This document shows positions 18,209 to 28,700 of a stretch of 64,000 nt of DNA, one piece after another. The DNA is from Nitrospirota bacterium (GTDB lineage Bacteria; Nitrospirota; 9FT-COMBO-42-15; HDB-SIOI813): positions 1,391 through 65,390 of the forward strand of contig JACRGV010000005.1 of the NCBI GenBank assembly GCA_016212215.1. The letters are read 5' to 3'. The notes under the pieces were generated by a model that was not told the DNA's origin, did no database searches, and saw only the letters and a program-made list of their open reading frames with translations. Both the position numbers and the translations under genes were made by a program. The first letter of the stretch is position 1. Each line of letters opens with the position of its first letter.

Positions 18209-20290
18209 ATCCGTTAAGATATTACTAACCTTTTTCAGAAGCTCCTCTACATTATAAGGTTTTATTATATAATTACTGCCGATTTTTCTAATAATCTTCT
18301 CTGCATGAGGCCCGAGTATATCGCCGGTTGAAAACAGGATGCGGTTTTCCATATTGGGGCGGTTCTCTCTTATCCATTCATATAGAGCAGGGCCGTCAAT
18401 CCCGGGCATCTTAACATCACAAATAACCATATCAAACGCCTCAATCTCTAATCTCTTTATAGCATCTTCTCCGGAACCAGCCCCGGAACAGATATAACGA
18501 CTCATTAAAATATGCCTGATCACATCCCTCTGTTCTTCTTCATCATCTACTATCAGAATCCTCTTCTTATCTGTACTATCCCTTACCTCTCCCTTACCAT
18601 CATCTACTAACCTGAGCAAAGTTGAATAATCTTCTCTTGTTATTACAGGTATCCTTATTGTAAATACAGTCTTCCCCTGCTCACTCTGCACACTTATATC
18701 TCCATTGTGTTCATGGACAATACCATAGCAGAGGCTTAATCCCAAGCCCGTTCCCTTGCCCACGTCCTTACTTGTATAAAATGGGTCAAAAATCTTCTCA
18801 AGTTTATCTTCAGGGATCTGAGGGCCATTGTTGGATATGTCAAAATAAATGTCCATATCCGAATAATAGGACCTTATTTCTATCTCATTTCCCTGCTCAT
18901 TTTTGTCTGTATACATATCCAGTGCATCACATGCATTATTAATGATATTTACAAATACCTGTTCAATTTGCCTGTCATCAGCATACGTCATTGGAAGTGA
19001 TTTATCGAGTTTGATCTTAAGATTTATGCCCATAGAAGATATCCTGTAATGGAGAATATTGATTACGCTATTTAAAACTGTATTAAGATTTACATAGTTC
19101 TTATGAGGTTTTTCCTGCCTTGAGAATCTTAACAAAGATTCAACAATATGTTTAGCGCCGACAGCAGAACGGTTAATCGTCCTGATCAAATTCAGTTCAT
19201 TCTCAGCAATTGACGCCTCCTGCAGGAGTTCAGAATAGACTAATACCGGCAGGAGGCGGTTATTCAATTCATGTGCAATCCCTGAGACAAAAGTCCCCAT
19301 TGATGCAAGCTTCTCAGTCTGAAGGAGTTTCCTTTCCAGCATCTTCCTTTCAGTAATATCCTTTGCAACACCAAGCAGCCCGCTTATCCCTTCACTACTG
19401 CTCTTGAGAGGCGTAAAACTGCATAGGGTCTGACATATATTGCCGTCCTTACCTTTCAGATCAACTTCAATGGTCTTTTTAGAACCTTGTTTTAAGACAT
19501 GAATAAAGGTACGTATTCCTTCTTCACCAATCAGTAAGCTATCAAAAGTTTTTCCGACAAGTTCATCCCTTCTATAGCCGAGCTCCTCTATCTTCTTATT
19601 TAAAAATATAAACCTTCCTTCATTATCAATTGTAAAAATAAGGTCACTTGCATTCTCAAATATATTCTTCAGATAATCATGGGATTCTTCAATCTCTCTC
19701 GTACGCTCCATTACAGTCAACTGAAGGTCTTTGTTTAATCTTTCGAGGTCCTTCTGAAGCTGTACAAAGGTTACAAGGTGACCTATTGTCGAAGATAATA
19801 CTGAGAAAACCTTTTCATGATGTTTGCTGAAGAAATTACGCCTGCTGTGGGATAAGTTTAAAACACCTATAACAGCCGCGCCGGAACATACAGGAAGGCA
19901 TAACAATGACCCAATATCAACAGAAGACTTAACTTTCACATATCTGTTGTCATTATCAACATCAGAGATAAGGATAGCGGCGTTATTCTTTGCAACCATC
20001 CCTGCAACACCTTCACCTATCTTGAAAGAACGATTTACAAATACCTCCCCCTTATTTGCATGGTCTTTAATTGAAACACCTGCCTGATTGACCACATAAT
20101 TTCCGCTTTCGTCCAATAACATTATTGAACAATGGTCAAGTCCAAGTTCATTTGAGAGAATTTTCACTACTTCATTGCAGATAGATTTGACATCGGAACT
20201 CTTATTGACAGTAGTAATAATCCGCTGAAATGCAGAAAGACTCTGCATCACATCATTGTAAAATCTTTGTAGTTCAGTATCCAGATCCAT
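18203..20290 (-). CDS. Hybrid sensor histidine kinase (GAF-PAS-HisKA-HATPase-REC).
   Basis: GAF-like N-terminus, PAS (IFTIDNEGRFIFLNKK...), H-box AHELNNRL, HATPase G-boxes, and a C-terminal receiver ILIVDDEEEQRDVI...DVKMPGIDG. Confidence 0.85.
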   Translation of the reverse strand: MDLDTELQRFYNDVMQSLSAFQRIITTVNKSSDVKSICNEVVKILSNELGLDHCSIMLLDESGNYVVNQAGVSIKDHANKGEVFVNRSFKIGEGVAGMVAKNNAAILISDVDNDNRYVKVKSSVDIGSLLCLPVCSGAAVIGVLNLSHSRRNFFSKHHEKVFSVLSSTIGHLVTFVQLQKDLERLNKDLQLTVMERTREIEESHDYLKNIFENASDLIFTIDNEGRFIFLNKKIEELGYRRDELVGKTFDSLLIGEEGIRTFIHVLKQGSKKTIEVDLKGKDGNICQTLCSFTPLKSSSEGISGLLGVAKDITERKMLERKLLQTEKLASMGTFVSGIAHELNNRLLPVLVYSELLQEASIAENELNLIRTINRSAVGAKHIVESLLRFSRQEKPHKNYVNLNTVLNSVINILHYRISSMGINLKIKLDKSLPMTYADDRQIEQVFVNIINNACDALDMYTDKNEQGNEIEIRSYYSDMDIYFDISNNGPQIPEDKLEKIFDPFYTSKDVGKGTGLGLSLCYGIVHEHNGDISVQSEQGKTVFTIRIPVITREDYSTLLRLVDDGKGEVRDSTDKKRILIVDDEEEQRDVIRHILMSRYICSGAGSGEDAIKRLEIEAFDMVICDVKMPGIDGPALYEWIRENRPNMENRILFSTGDILGPHAEKIIRKIGSNYIIKPYNVEELLKKVSNILTDR

Positions 20291-20404
20291 TTTGGGGGTA
20301 AGGGATTTATCGTTAATAATTAGGACGAATAAATTAATAGGATTTTATATCAAATTTAATTAATAAACAAGTAGGATGAACTATGAATATTTGATGGAAT
20401 AAAT

Positions 20405-20833
20405 CTATAGCTTAATACTTAAATAGGTAGGTGATGTGAACCCTTTTGAAAATGCCTTTGTCATCTGAAACCCCTTATTAACTTGTAAAAGGCGCTCTCC
20501 AATATCTTTATGCAGGATTGTCATTTTACTTTCACATTCTTTTTCATATTCAATTATTTTATTAATGACCCTTTTTATCTTACTTTTAAATTGCACTATA
20601 ATTTCAGTACTGTTTTCAGATAGACAGTGAAGTTCACTCCTGATTATGGATAACTTCTCTACCTCTTCCCTAACTCTTATCTTCTCTGAAATAATATCTT
20701 CCACAAGTCTAAAATCAGTTTCACTTGAGATCGCATCCTTCAATTTAAAACAGATAAATGCAATCTTATTGTAAAGCATTAATTCATTTTCTAAACATAT
20801 TATTATCTCTTTTCCCATATCTTTTGCTGTCAT
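20405..20833 (-). CDS. Hypothetical protein in the fliT position of the fliC-flaG-fliD-fliS operon (putative flagellar chaperone).
   Basis: A 142-aa helical protein translationally coupled to fliS (shared coordinate 20833). Its position suggests a FliT-like role; no motif-level support. Confidence 0.35.
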   Translation of the reverse strand: MTAKDMGKEIIICLENELMLYNKIAFICFKLKDAISSETDFRLVEDIISEKIRVREEVEKLSIIRSELHCLSENSTEIIVQFKSKIKRVINKIIEYEKECESKMTILHKDIGERLLQVNKGFQMTKAFSKGFTSPTYLSIKL

Positions 20834-21258
20834 TATATTTGTACCGGCTGAGCCTGCTGTATAAGGTTGTTTTTACTGTCCGTGTTATTTTTATGTTCAG
20901 GTTTTGAAATTATCTTATCCCATGCCCCTCTCAATTCATTCATGATCTTCAAAGACTCATCTAATCCACGCGTGTCCTTTTTAATATTTGCATCAAATAA
21001 TCTCTTAATCATGTACATATAAAGACTTTTTAGATTAGTTGCAATTGAACCGGCATCCATATTTAAGGCAGCGATAAGCTCAAAAAGTATATCCTGTGCC
21101 TTTGTAATCTTCTCTGACTTACCGATAAAATCCTTTTCCCTGTTCAACTCCTTTGCCTGCTGGAGAAATATGATAGCGCCATCATACATCATCAATATTA
21201 ATTTCCCCTGATCAGCCGTTTTAACATTTATTTCCTGATATTTTAGATATGGATTCAT
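20833..21258 (-). CDS. fliS: Flagellar export chaperone FliS.
   Basis: MNPYLKYQEINVKTADQGKLILMMYDGAIIFL... is typical of FliS. Confidence 0.85.
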   Translation of the reverse strand: MNPYLKYQEINVKTADQGKLILMMYDGAIIFLQQAKELNREKDFIGKSEKITKAQDILFELIAALNMDAGSIATNLKSLYMYMIKRLFDANIKKDTRGLDESLKIMNELRGAWDKIISKPEHKNNTDSKNNLIQQAQPVQI

Positions 21259-21287
21259 CTGTTTAACCTCCTCAGTTACCGATATGT

Positions 21288-23957
21288 TTACATGTGACTC
21301 AACTGTTTAGTAAGCCAGTTACTCATATTCTGTACTTTGCTGATAGCCTTCTCCATTGCGAGAAATTGGTTTGTGAGTTTTTCCCTTTCCCTTGTAAGTC
21401 TTTCATCCATTGTATCCATCTGTTTCTGAAAGTTTTCAATAGAACTCTGCAATCCTGTCTGCCTGTAAGTGACATAACCATCAACAGTATCAAGCATTGT
21501 ATTCAGCTTCTTCTCCATCTGTTCAGCCACACCAAGCGTAAGCTTTAATGTGCCGAGGCTTGCAGGAACAGAGCTGCTATAACTTATTTTTAAACTAAGC
21601 CCGTCAGTGTTGGTATTTCCGCTGTTCCCTATCAAATCCTGCCCGCTGCCTGTTGCTGTCTCACCATTGATAGTACCGGCAACATTAGTCCCGGTATATT
21701 CCTGTGCTGTTATACCCAATTGAGAGGTATTGTTCGTTCCCCCTCCGACATAACTTATTGTAAAACCATTAGTGCTGCCATACTGGTTGTTTGTAATAAC
21801 AAGATTATTTCCACTGCTTGATGCTATTACATCTAATGTATTTCGTCCGGTTGTTGAAACACTAACTGTCCCAAAATCAAGAGAGCCTGCATTCTCCGTC
21901 AACGTCAGACTTGTCTTACTGTCTCCGGCAGTGTTATCTGTAATAGATATCTTTCCATTAGAATCAATTGCAGCAGTTACATTATTCCCGAATTCTGTCT
22001 CAAGTTCCGATAAAAACTCTCCAACCGTTTTGGTCGTCGCACTTGTAATTGTATAACTCCCGCTGAAACTTGCACCGCCTCGTTTTGTACCGGAATATGC
22101 AATCGTACTCCCATCAGTAATATTATTCGCATCGCCGCCGGTATTTATCTCCGACCATTTCGTAGTAGCTGAAATATATCCGCCGCCAGCAGCAGTTGTC
22201 TTTGAATTAGAGACAGATCCGGTCAGTACCTGTGTATACTCTGTTGCAAGCTCGGAATTAATGGCATTAACAATTGTGCTTGTTGAATCTCCATTATTTA
22301 ATGAAACCGATGCAATCCTTCCTGTATACTTATCTGTTATTTTGATTGTATCCGCAGTTGCATCATCTGTATAAGTACCGCTGAATCCGCTCCCTGTAAC
22401 AGTACCCTGAGATGCGGCAGTAGTAAGATATACCTCATAAGTACCTGCCTTAGTATTCTTAGTATGAGAAATATATTCTACTTTACTGTTGGTAGCAGTG
22501 CCTTCATATATGAATAGCCTTTTAACTGCGTTAAAATCGGACTGAAGCTCTTCTGTCAGCTTAGTATCATCTATACTTATCAGACCCTTGCTGTCAATGG
22601 AAATGCCTGCATTGGAGAGCATCTTCATAGTCGAAGAAAGACCGAGTATCTCACCGGCAACAACACTCCTTACATCCGATTGTACAGAGGTAAGGGTAAC
22701 ATCTCCTGAGAGTACTCCTGCTGTCTTCTTTTCCGTATCATAAGTAAATTGTTCATTAGCTAGTTTAATGATTTCGTTATAACTGTTTGTATAATTGCTG
22801 ATAGTTTTTTTAACTGCATCTATATTTCTGGACACGGTTAAGGTCAATGTAGTTGTAGCTTCACTGTTGACAAGGTTTAAGGTGACCCCTTCTATTGCAT
22901 CAGTAATTGTATTTGTTGTCCTTGCCATTGTAATGCCATCAACAGTGATACCGGCATCCTGACCGGCTGTAATCGAATTGGCCAGTCCGCCTTTTAGAAT
23001 TCCAAGTGCCTCAAGGACATTATTGCTGTCTGTAAATGTGTTTGTCCCGCTTATCTTTAGCCGGTATGTAGTTACACCATCTGTTGTTGCAGATTCAATC
23101 GTAGTAGTGACACCGGTCGGCGCCTGTGCATCAATGGCCGTTTTTATATCTGTCAGAGATTGTGTTCCAAGATTAATGCTGACAGTTTTATCACCAATGG
23201 TTACAGTACCGCTTGGCGAAGAGGTCAGACCATATAATGTTCCAACCGCCGTACTGCTGCTTGAGAACTTATCAGACTTTGCACCGGTCGGAGAAACACT
23301 GGTCTTGATTGATGTTGTGGTATTTGTAAAACCAAGGCTTTGTATTACATCTGTACTGCTTGCATCCAAGATACTGAATCCGTCAGCACCCATTTTATCA
23401 CTTGTCAGCACCAGACGGTTGTCTGTACTCGAAACAGAAAGTATATTAGCGGTTACATTGGAAGGAGTTGATCCGGTATTTTTGTTATTTATCTTATCCC
23501 TTAGATTTACTAAGGTATCAGTGGTTTCAAATTTTACATCCTTGCCGTTGATGAGAAATTCACCTGAATAACCAAGTGCCGTTGTTTTACTTGTGAAGGT
23601 AGTTGACGAGGTCTTCTGTGCCTTGGCCAGTGCTGAAACAACAATATTATAGACACCAGAATTTGCCTTGGAACCTACAGAGACATTAAGATAGTTAGCC
23701 GCACTTGTAGAAGTGGATGAGGTTAGACCGGATGTAAATGTATTAAATGTACCGGCCTCTTTTAAAGAAGTAGCTGAGGTCTTTAATGTTTGAAGTTTTC
23801 CTGCTAAACTTTTCCATGCATCCAGTTTATTTTTATACTTAAACTGATTATCATCAATAACCTTAACCTTTTTTCTATCAAGCTCTATCAACTGGTCAAT
23901 AATCTTTTTCCAGTCAATACCTGATGCCAAACCGCTGATTGCACTTGTTGAATCCAT
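21288..23957 (-). CDS. fliD: Flagellar filament cap protein FliD (unusually long at 889 aa, with a Thr/Ser-rich central region).
   Basis: N-terminus MDSTSAISGLASGIDWKKIIDQLIELDRKKV; C-terminus ...LTNQFLAMEKAISKVQNMSNWLTKQL, the FliD terminal helices. Confidence 0.85.
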   Translation of the reverse strand: MDSTSAISGLASGIDWKKIIDQLIELDRKKVKVIDDNQFKYKNKLDAWKSLAGKLQTLKTSATSLKEAGTFNTFTSGLTSSTSTSAANYLNVSVGSKANSGVYNIVVSALAKAQKTSSTTFTSKTTALGYSGEFLINGKDVKFETTDTLVNLRDKINNKNTGSTPSNVTANILSVSSTDNRLVLTSDKMGADGFSILDASSTDVIQSLGFTNTTTSIKTSVSPTGAKSDKFSSSSTAVGTLYGLTSSPSGTVTIGDKTVSINLGTQSLTDIKTAIDAQAPTGVTTTIESATTDGVTTYRLKISGTNTFTDSNNVLEALGILKGGLANSITAGQDAGITVDGITMARTTNTITDAIEGVTLNLVNSEATTTLTLTVSRNIDAVKKTISNYTNSYNEIIKLANEQFTYDTEKKTAGVLSGDVTLTSVQSDVRSVVAGEILGLSSTMKMLSNAGISIDSKGLISIDDTKLTEELQSDFNAVKRLFIYEGTATNSKVEYISHTKNTKAGTYEVYLTTAASQGTVTGSGFSGTYTDDATADTIKITDKYTGRIASVSLNNGDSTSTIVNAINSELATEYTQVLTGSVSNSKTTAAGGGYISATTKWSEINTGGDANNITDGSTIAYSGTKRGGASFSGSYTITSATTKTVGEFLSELETEFGNNVTAAIDSNGKISITDNTAGDSKTSLTLTENAGSLDFGTVSVSTTGRNTLDVIASSSGNNLVITNNQYGSTNGFTISYVGGGTNNTSQLGITAQEYTGTNVAGTINGETATGSGQDLIGNSGNTNTDGLSLKISYSSSVPASLGTLKLTLGVAEQMEKKLNTMLDTVDGYVTYRQTGLQSSIENFQKQMDTMDERLTREREKLTNQFLAMEKAISKVQNMSNWLTKQLSHM

Positions 23958-23962
23958 AATTA

Positions 23963-24337
23963 TTAGATCTCTTTGTCAATAAGCATCCCGACCATATCTT
24001 CAATCTTTGCCTGTAAGTCCAGCAACTCCTTTGCAGGGATCTCTTTGATAACCTCATTGGTATCCTTATTAATAACCTTTACAGCAATCTGGCCGGTAGC
24101 TTCATGAACAAAAAACTTTAAACTTTTATTTGTTGACTCAATTTTACTATTTATTTGATCCGCAACCTTTTCAATATCCCCTTTATTCAGCGTTTTATTT
24201 TCTTTATCATTTTCTGTGTCAATTTTCGTAGTTGAATTGGATAAAGCTGATTCATAATTTTTAGAAGGTGAATTATTATTGCCGGTATCAACTATGGGCT
24301 TATATAAAGAAGCAGATGTATTTATTGGGTCTACCAT
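23963..24337 (-). CDS. flaG: FlaG-family flagellar protein.
   Basis: C-terminal FFVHEATGQIAVKVINKDTNEVIKEIPAKELLDL is the FlaG signature. Confidence 0.75.
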   Translation of the reverse strand: MVDPINTSASLYKPIVDTGNNNSPSKNYESALSNSTTKIDTENDKENKTLNKGDIEKVADQINSKIESTNKSLKFFVHEATGQIAVKVINKDTNEVIKEIPAKELLDLQAKIEDMVGMLIDKEI

Positions 24338-24363
24338 AGTAAGCCACCCCCTGACTATTTAAA

Positions 24364-24417
24364 AGAAAAAACCCTCCGCCCCCAGATAGTGCATCATAAT
24401 TTTAAGGAGCGGAGGGA
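24364..24417 (-). terminator. Rho-independent terminator downstream of flagellin.
   Basis: mRNA-sense CCCUCCGC-(loop)-GCGGAGGG followed by UUUUUUCUUUU. Confidence 0.6.
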
Positions 24418-24440
24418 ATTTTGTTTAATTAATATTAATT

Positions 24441-25559
24441 TTATCCTAATAGCTTAAGAACCATTTGCGGAGTCATGTTTGCCTGGGCAAGCATCGCATT
24501 ACCTGCCTGCATAAGCACCTGGTTCTTTGTAAATGAAGTCATTTCAAAAGCCATATCCGCATCCCTGATAATGGAATCTGCTGCAATAGTATTTTCTATG
24601 GTGGCCGCCAGATTACTTGCTGCAAACTGCAGCCTGTTCTGTTTAGCACCTATATCACCGCGTTTTGTTGTCACATAAGATATTGCAGTATCAATATCAC
24701 TCAGCGCACTCTGGGCAGATGCTGCTGACGTAAGGGTCACATCGAATGTAGCGCCGTCTTTTAAACTAGATGTCTTAAGATTACCTATTGCCAGAGATAT
24801 TCTGTCATCGGAGCTGCTTGATGCTCCAACCTGGAAATCCTGAGTTCCGGCAACTACGGTAAAATAAGCAGCATTCAACTCATTACTTACACTATAATTG
24901 CTGTCAAGGGTTATCTTAACTCCAAGTGATTTGAAGTCCAAAGTCTGTGCCCCTGTCCCTGACAATGTGATCGTCTGGGTTATAGAGCCATTCCAGAGAG
25001 CTATTGTATTATCTCCAGCATCTGTAATTGTATATGTGGCAGATGTATCTACTACCCCTGAAACATCTATCTTTGCAGCACTGGCAATACCGGCGGTGAC
25101 TAAATTCTGGCTGCCTATGCTTGCAGTAGCACCGAAGTTGCCGTTAATAAGGGTATTTGAACCGTACTTTGTAGAATTGGCAATACGATCTATTTCCTGT
25201 TCAAGCTGTGTAGCTTCATCATTCAGCTTAGTCCTGTCTGTAGATGTCAGGTTAGCAGAAGATGCCTGTGTTGCAAGCTCTTTGAGCCGCTGTAAAATAT
25301 TTCCGACTTCATTTGCACCGCCTTCAGCCACCTGTAAAATGGCCATGGCTTGAGATGTATTATCGCTTGCCTTCTTGAATGAACGTATGTTTGCTCTTAA
25401 TGATTCGGAAATTCCAAGACCTGCTGCATCATCACCTGCTCTGTTGATTTTGTAACCTGATGATAATTTTTCCAAAGACTTTGAAAGCATATCATCCGAT
25501 CCGCCTAATGAACGGTGGGCATTGAAAGCGGCTATGTTGTTGTTAATCCTGAGTGACAT
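24441..25559 (-). CDS. fliC: Flagellin.
   Basis: MSLRINNNIAAFNAHRSLGGSDDMLSKSLEKLSSGYKINRAGDDAAGLGISESLR... N-terminal D0/D1; C-terminus ...QANMTPQMVLKLLG. Confidence 0.95.
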   Translation of the reverse strand: MSLRINNNIAAFNAHRSLGGSDDMLSKSLEKLSSGYKINRAGDDAAGLGISESLRANIRSFKKASDNTSQAMAILQVAEGGANEVGNILQRLKELATQASSANLTSTDRTKLNDEATQLEQEIDRIANSTKYGSNTLINGNFGATASIGSQNLVTAGIASAAKIDVSGVVDTSATYTITDAGDNTIALWNGSITQTITLSGTGAQTLDFKSLGVKITLDSNYSVSNELNAAYFTVVAGTQDFQVGASSSSDDRISLAIGNLKTSSLKDGATFDVTLTSAASAQSALSDIDTAISYVTTKRGDIGAKQNRLQFAASNLAATIENTIAADSIIRDADMAFEMTSFTKNQVLMQAGNAMLAQANMTPQMVLKLLG

Positions 25560-25560
25560 G

Positions 25561-25630
25561 GTTAATCCTCCTTGATTGATTTACTAAGGTTTTCTTTGCC
25601 TTAGTTTGTTACGGCATCCTTGCCGTATGA
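25561..25630 (-). promoter_or_regulatory. Flagellin 5' leader with two CsrA-type binding sites: BS1 hairpin ACGGCAAGGAUGCCGU and BS2 AUCAAGGAGGAUUAACC overlapping the SD.
   Basis: BS1 is a 6-bp stem presenting AAGGAU in the loop, matching the CsrA SELEX consensus RUACARGGAUGU. BS2 is CAAGGAGG at the SD, 8 nt from the AUG. The arrangement mirrors the B. subtilis hag leader. Confidence 0.55.
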
Positions 25631-25721
25631 ACCGGACTTATCTTAAAATCGGGAGCCGGCCCTTCTCCACTTTTTCAATCTCACCTGCCTTTCCTTTTTT
25701 ATTGTCTCGTTGATGGTAATT

Positions 25722-25750
25722 TTTATCGGAGATGGTATGAATAACTTTAA
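25722..25750 (-). promoter_or_regulatory. Sigma-28 (FliA) promoter for flagellin: TAAAGTTA-N11-TCCGATAA.
   Basis: mRNA-sense TTAAAGTTATTCATACCATCTCCGATAAA against the consensus TAAAGTTT-N11-GCCGATAA, 14/16 with correct spacing, about 165 nt upstream of the fliC ATG. Confidence 0.6.
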
Positions 25751-28700
25751 TAGGTATCTGCAAGCAATACCAGTGAAGTCTTATAAGACTCCATAGCCTC
25801 ATGCAATAAAGACCTAGCCTCAAATGATTCGCCGATGGAGTCAAAGATTTTTGAAAGTTCTTTTGTTGAATTTATTTCAATATCAATATTCATTTCAGTA
25901 TATTTTAATACCTTGTTACATGCCTCAACACAAGATTGTAAATCTCTTGTAAGTGCAAATAGTCTTGATAAAGAAATGTGCAATGTTAAAGCATTCGGGT
26001 CAATATTCAATGCCTTAGAAAAATATTCTGCGGCTTCATAATATTCCCCGGCTTCCATTAAACAACAGCCGGAATAATAATATTTCAGGTAATCCATTTT
26101 CTTTATTGGTAACGGATATGAGCTGATCTCTATATTTAGATTTTGATGAACTTCCATTTGCTTCAATGCTTCGCTGTATCTTCTTTGAAAGAACAATGCC
26201 TCTCCCAAGAAAAAATATCCGGTAGCAAATTCAGGGAAAAGGGCAATCAACTCCTCGTATATTTTTACGGCATCATCTTGTTTATCCGATTCCCTGTAAA
26301 ATTGGGCCAGCTTAACATAAGCAAACGGATACCAATCCATGTTCCTTACTGCTGATCCCTTCTGAATTCTTGCTTTATCCATATAATATATAGCCTGAAC
26401 AATATCTCCAATGCAATAGAAACTATTCGCCAGATAAAATAGTTTTAAAGGGTCATCCGGAGTTAATGCAAGCTCTTCCATCAGCAGTGGTATATTCCTC
26501 TTAACCTTCATCCTGATTTCATCATCATTCCTGTAACCATAATGTTCAACATTAATATCAAGAGGCGTCACTTTAATACCGGTTTGTTTTAGCGAACCAG
26601 ACACATCCTCATGGACTTTTCCTTTAAATTCAATACCCGGGATATTCGGGAATATCCTGAGACTCCGGAAACTTTCTTCCTCATGATTAAGCTCGTTTAT
26701 TTGATTATTCCGTTTGCTTGTTATAATGATAGAATACGCCTCTGCTTTGCCGTTATAGCTATTAGAACTGTTACGTGTTTCGGGCAGGGTTTCCTTTAAC
26801 TTCAGAATCATATCTTTTGATTCCTGGGATATTTTTTCATCTGCATCAAGCCATAATATATAATCACCGGAGGCATTTTTGATTGATATATTTCGAGGGC
26901 CTGAGAAATCATCTTTCCATTCAGTCTGTAGTATTTTTGCCCCATAAGAAGATGCTATCTTCAGAGTATCATCTATAGAACCGGTATCAACGACTATAAT
27001 CTCATCAACAATATTTGCGACTGATTCAAGACATTCTTTCAACACAGCCTCTTCATTTCTGACTATCATACAAAGTGATAATTTTGGTTTCTTTAAATTT
27101 ACCTTTTTTAATTCATTCAATAACATTGAGACATCATCTAAATGCTGATTCAGCAGCAACGCCTTCTCCAATGACTCAACAGCATGACTTTTGTCGTCTA
27201 ATTTAAGGTAAGATAATCCTATATTTTTATAACATGACGCATAATCAGGTTTTAGATCAATTGCCTTCTTATAATAAATAATGGCCTTATCATAATCTCC
27301 AATCTCATAATAAGCAGAGGCAATGTTATTATATAACCCGGGGTTATCAGGTTCTTTGTTGATACCTTGATTTAAATAAACTATAGCTTCCCTGTGAAAT
27401 CCAAGTGTTATCAGACTTGCCCCAAGATACCCATGAACAAAGGGGAAGTCAGGATTTATGTCCAATACTTTTTTAAATGCCTCAACAGCCTCAGCCGCTA
27501 ATCCATATTCACAGCACTCTATCCCATATTCATAATATGCCTTTGGATTTTCCGGTTCTTCTTCAATCTTCATCCTACAGTAATTTATATACTTAATCCT
27601 TTTCTCTCTTAAAGATAATCCTGATTTTCCTGCACCATAATGATGAACCGGTATGGCAGTCTCTCCAATTATGAGTTTCAGATTTCTTACAGAATCTTCT
27701 ACCAATTCATGAATAACCCCGCTGAATCTTATTCTGCGGTCATTCCTGAACAACCTTACCTTACGGGACGGGAACCATCCTGAATTGCCGCTGCCCTCTT
27801 TATATGAGTTGTCATTTTGTATCCAGACTGCCCCCCTTGAATCATTTATATAATTTCTTGTTAAGAAACTAAAAGCATCATATTCCTTACTTTCACACAG
27901 CAATCTCAATGATTCAATATCTCTCTCTGCAATTATCTCATCCGCATCCAATATTAGTATCCAATCCTTTGTTGCAAGGTCAAGAGACATATTCCTTGCA
28001 TCACTGAAATTATCATTCCATTTAAAGTTGTAGACTTGTGCCCCATATTCGCGTGCAATCTCAATAGTCCTGTCTTCTGAACCGGTATCAACAACTATCA
28101 CTTCGCTTACTATGCGATGCACAGACTTGATGCATTGTGCCAGATTTGCTTCTTCATTTTTAACTATCATGCAAAGAGAAATGCCATGCGTAACTTCTCC
28201 TTCTTTTATACTCTTATTAACTGTCATAAAAAGATCGTTCATAAAGGTCAAAGCAAATCCCCCCCTTTGTTCAAGGGGGGGCTGGGGGGGTATTTTCGGA
28301 TAAAGATCGTTAAGACTTTTTTTAATTAATGTATTGGAAGGATCTTTCTCCAATGCCTTTTTATAATAATATTCTGCATCTGCATATTTACCTGTTTTCT
28401 TATACGCTAATCCAAGATTTAAGAGGAAGGATGATTCATCCTTGTCGAGTGCAGATGCCTCCATGAATATTGGGATACTACTCTCGTATTCCTTATTCTG
28501 TAGAAACGATACTCCGACTGTATTCAGCCGGCAGATATAATTCTTTGACCCCGGGATTAAAGCCTTTTTAAAATGTATACCAGCCTTCTCTTTATTTGAT
28601 AACTTTAGATAAGCCTGTCCTATAAAAAGATTTGCCTTTTCATAAGCCTCCCCCTTCTCCTCCGGTTCATAATTATTATCAGGCATGTTTTCATAAATAT

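Noticed and set aside
22978-23571. 197-aa plus-strand ORF.
   Set aside because: Antisense to fliD's low-complexity region; a repetitive Val/Ser/Thr-rich translation typical of shadow ORFs.
24898-25353. 151-aa plus-strand ORF.
   Set aside because: Antisense to flagellin.
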